Source: Ancylonema sp. (taxonomy: Eukaryota). Taken from it: a stretch of DNA of 57,185 nucleotides. Made by a program: the position numbers and the translations under genes. The stretch covers positions 1 through 57,185 of the forward strand of contig JBFLGF010000164.1 of NCBI GenBank assembly GCA_050230475.1. The letters are read 5' to 3'. The notes beneath the pieces are model-generated. The model was not told the origin of the DNA. It was given only the letters and a program-made list of their open reading frames with translations, and made no database searches. Positions 52,828-57,185 of the stretch are shown piece by piece. Position 1 is the stretch's first letter. Each line of letters starts with the position of its first letter.

Positions 52828-54073
52828 GTGAGACTCTTAGACGCTGGAAGCACTGTGAGCCTTGCTTAGAACCAGAATGCAAGTGAATCATGTTGGTCTG
52901 GCCACGTGGTTCCAGAGAAGCATCATTTGGGTGGATGCCACTTTCGTGGCCAGGTAAGAAGTATTTGCATTCGACGTACACCACTTGTAGGTAATGATTA
53001 CACGGATGTACCATGGTGTTGTAAGTGGAATACGTATCAACATCCATAGCATGCTTTTTATGTTCACTTAAGTTATGCATGAATGTTAATATCAACCATG
53101 GAACTGAGAGAGCAGAATTGACGTACCCTACAAATGATACCCCTTACAAAGGCACCACCTATAGGCACCAAAATATATATTTTCGGAAGGGTACAGTACA
53201 AGGGTTAAGTGTTTCGTAAAAAGAGAGAAGGCTATCATGGTTGAGATCATAGAGTTCGTAAACGTAGTAGCCGGGATCATACGGAAAATAACAAATTCTT
53301 ATTGGTACCTCAGTCATATATACTTGTCGTCACGTTTCATTTTTGGTTTGGAAACTCCACCAGGTCCATTGTGTCACAATAACCCTACATAACCACACAT
53401 GGACAAGTAGGGGTCATAGTAATCAAGTAATAGTCGTAGAAATAGGGATTGACATCTACATGTCCTAGCTTGATATTTTCACCCTTCTAAGAGTTTATTG
53501 CGTAGAGGCATGAACCACAAAAAACTACCCAAAACACAAGTTATGCGTAATGAAACGCAGGCTACGCAACATTATGCTAGCATATTTGATGATTTCGATG
53601 GCCAAGTTGTAACAGTCCTAAGATACTGCTAGTTTGCTAGGAAAGATTGAACAAATACGAGTTTGATGTGAAGCACTTACTTCCGGTATCGTGATTGCTT
53701 CAATCAGGGTTGTTTTACGGCCTACGCCCATCTTGTATTCTGGTATTCTGGTATTTGGCACAACTTCGCTCGTGTGTATATGATTATTGTGCAACCAATT
53801 GCAATTCATACACGAGTAAAGCAAAATTGATGTCGCCGTAGGCCATACATTACGCAACTCGTGGAATAGCGATATATTTGTCCCTTAAGTTGTTTAGCAA
53901 AAGACTTCTACGACTCAACGAGGTCATACCTCCCGACACAAACACAAGGCCTACTAGATATTCCACCAAAACTTTTACACCACCAACATTATCTAAAATT
54001 GAAGTATGTAAGAATGTCAAAACGTATCTTAAGGAATTATTAGGAGTTACCCCTCAAAGTCTTGTGAACCAAG

Positions 54074-54315
54074 CATAGTTGGGCCCGATCCGTCGGAGGA
54101 ATTCTGATTCGCCTCCGATCCGGCTCGGAGGCGCCGAAAATTAGGTGAAAATCGGTAGGGGGGAAAAAAAAGGAAACTCACTTTTTTGACTGCCTCACTG
54201 AATTATTTTCGTTGTTTTTCCTCGTCGGACCCGATCCGATTGGAATATTTTCGATTCAGTGCCAATCCGGATTGGGGACTCGGACGGATCGGGCTCAAGA
54301 TCGGGATCAAAGTAC
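54074..54315. mobile_element. hAT-like MITE (CATAGTTGG terminus, CCGATC subterminal repeats)
   Basis: Left end CATAGTTGGGCCCGATCCG, degenerate inverted right end GGATCGGGCTC...GATCGGGATCAAAGTA. Similar to 6230-6312 and 18640-18850. Confidence 0.6.
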
Positions 54316-57185
54316 CTATTTAAAAGCAACTATATTCGCTCCTTCCAACATACCAACCACAACGGGACGGAACCTTTTTTAACCAATACAAAAGGTTTAA
54401 AAAACAACAAAAAGAACAGATATAGATATCGATATCGATCCGGCTCAAAAGTTGAGAGTTCAAGAGGCGTTGGTAGATTCCACCACCAATACAATAATCA
54501 CATCCTTCACATAGAAGAGCCCTCCTATCCACACGAGTTGAAGAATTCATTTTCTCACGCTAGATTGTATCGAGACACTACACATGAGGCATCCCAAGAA
54601 ATATGATAGAGAGTTTCATTGAAGTCCTATGATACAAAGATGTCCTGCAGACATAACTTATACAAGCACAATTCAAGTCCACCTAGGTTTTGTTTTGTTT
54701 TTTTTTTTTTTGGGCGGGGGGGACAAAAAGATCATTTGTATTCACATTATTATTGAAAAAAAAAAAAAAAAAAAAAAAAAACATCCCATGAACTCATGAT
54801 GGAGCCGTGGAGCCGTGACAACAAAAGCTATGACGACTAGGTTAGAAAACAAAAGAGGAAAAATGGAAAAAAGGGTGCAATGAGTACATGATACGAAAAA
54901 TGAGAGATGCATATGAGATAAGAGGACACGTCCACTGCTTGTAGAGGACGTGTAGCAATGTGTACCTTGTGTGGTCCCAAAATCTAGACGAAAAAGAAGG
55001 CTTGCCAATTCCGTAAATCTTTATGCAGCGGTGTCATGGATGAGGAGGTCTGGGTGTATGAGAGACACAATCATTTGGAAAGTCACATTTACATAGAATC
55101 TGTGCATATGTTTTTTTTCCATACATATTAACATTTTCTGGTGACCATAATTAGTTTTCAATCAAATGTCTGAAAAGGTATGAAAGTATACGAATGACTC
55201 GATATGTATACATAGCTTTATGTATGTACGTCGTGCAAAATATGGTATGTATACATATTCATATGTATGTACATGTATATGTGTATTCAATATATACGTG
55301 TCTAAGCTGGTTTTCTTTCTGATTGTAAAGAATAGTTTCTTTGCACGCAGACGGAAACCAATCTAATTGTGAAGGTTAGATGAACTCAGACTGAATCCGG
55401 TCTGCAAGTGTAGACTGATGCCAGTCTTTGCACGCAGAGTGTCAGTAGTCTGAAAGTTATTCAACATATACTAGTATTTTAGGAGAGATTTAAAATTTAG
55501 TTTTATTATTATATTGGCGCAAGGAAAGAAGTTGGGGTGGGTACAGATACGAACCCCGAACTGAATACAGTCTGCGAGTGACAGTCTGCTTTCAGTCTTA
55601 GCTCGCAGACTGAAAACAGGCTGAAGGTGATATATGCACTCATGGGGAGGGCAGGGGGTGCATGGGCGTGGGGGCGGGGGTATACAGACGTTTATGGGGG
55701 TATATGCAAAAGTCTTAAAAACATGCGCAGACATACATGTGGGGGTATGCTTACAAATGTTTGTATATGTATGTATGTGTACGTGTGTGTCTATATATTC
55801 AAACATGTGTATATATATAGATACATATGGCAAATGGAATGACACTCAAGAATGTATGTTGTATACATACACATGGACAAACATACATATCACATGGGCA
55901 AGGGCAAGGGTGGAGGATGGGTAGGAAGTGGTTTTAGATTTACATACATAGGACAAGGCAAGGGCGAGGGCAACGGAAGGCCCTGATCTGAGATTTCTTT
56001 CTTTGGATAGAGGCAGTACAACAGTTTTATGCCTCTATTGAGTCCACTCTACCAATTTTCTCTGAGAGCTAAGAAGGGGGGGTATCTAGTCGTTTCTGGA
56101 GTCGAAACATTTAGGGAAAGATACGATTGACTGGCTAAGGACATTGATCAACTTCTGAGTTTCAATCTGGAAAAAAGAAAAAAGAAAAAAGAAACATCAG
56201 GCAGACCTGAAGTGTAGACCCCAAGTGCGCATTGAAGCCCTGTTTATAGAAAGATCATCTTGTTCTCCATTGGCTACAAATGTAGTTTCAAGACCTATAA
56301 GTATGGGAATTGGGGCACAGGGGCCTCTGGAAAATAGGGCACTAATTTCCATAACTGATAGGGTAATCAGGGCTGGTAGGGAAGTTGGCGAGGGCAGTAG
56401 GACCTCTCATGTTCAAAGCCGCGTTCTCACAGCGCAGCTTTCCTATTTCGTGTCCATACACACCGGACACTGCCAGGCCTTCCCTTCCCTTCCTGTTGAA
56501 CAGAAAAGCACAACAGAGTAGCCATGAAGTCGTATGAATATCTTATTGCATTAGGAAACAAACTGGAAGCCAGAAAGCACTTTTTAGTGGCCGAAAAACA
56601 CTTCCCATCAGGTTGCAGGCCTTATGCACGCATTTTATTGAGCACGGAGCTCCCGAATCAAACTCCATGTTATGATAGCGAATCACACATAGTATGCTAC
56701 ACCAATTCATCGATACTTCTATAGCCCACGCTTGTCGCTCTCCTGAATCCTTCCTCCAACTCGCGATTTTCATCTCCGAGACTCTTGTTCCTCGCCTCGA
56801 AAGCTTTAATCCGATCCACCAATCTCTTTCTCAATCACTCTCGAGTTCTTCTTCCGTTTGCCGCATCTCTAGACATCTCAGAGAAACATCGAAGAAAAAA
56901 GTCCACCAGACAATAATGTGGAATCTTATCGTATTTTCTGGAGGAGCGGCAGTTCAGTTGGCGAATCTCGTCTAGCCAATGGCATCCACGCGATGTCAAG
57001 ATTCTGACATCGAGTAGATGCCATTCGCTGCATGACATGCGCCAACTGCGGCAGCTGCCCCTGCTCCAGAAAACACAGCAAAATGTCACATGACGGTCTG
57101 GTGAATTCATCTCTTCTTTGCGTGTCTGAGATGTGTAGAGATGGTGCAAACGGAGGAGGAATCGTTCGTCACACTGACATCTAAG

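Noticed and set aside
56011..56090. Possible final ppgK exon (RQYNSFMPLLS...)
   Set aside because: Only a short FMPLL resemblance. The expected N-x-AGI-x-GAA motif is absent, so the true exon probably lies elsewhere or beyond the window.

Overview
Eukaryotic, green-plant-lineage nuclear DNA. It is probably a streptophyte alga or non-vascular plant; this is inferred from gene content, not established. Six genes could be reconstructed by hand. (1) A 9-exon RNA polymerase III subunit RPC6/RPC34 (7379-11399, -). (2) An intronless 3-ketoacyl-CoA synthase, KCS (16024-17598, +). (3) A 2-exon group-1 LEA/Em-like gene (29419-29995, -) with ABRE/G-box and RY motifs upstream. (4, 5) A tandem pair of 9-exon CYP711-clan (MAX1-like) cytochromes P450 (32930-36831 and 39404-43187, +); the first has a GC-AG intron, an altered I-helix and an in-frame TAA. 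(6) An intron-containing homologue of bacterial polyphosphate glucokinase (PpgK, ROK family) with a probable plastid transit peptide (50302 to >52827, +), also carrying a single in-frame TAA. Intergenic DNA is packed with transposon relics: a decayed Ty1/copia element, a Ty3/gypsy LTR and gag remnant, several non-autonomous hAT elements with 8-bp target-site duplications (some nested), TA-flanked Tc2/pogo-like MITEs, and long (CA)n, (ATT)n and (TA)n microsatellites. The most notable observations are the spliced, apparently plastid-targeted PpgK, the diverging MAX1-like P450 pair, and the two frame-preserving internal TAA codons.
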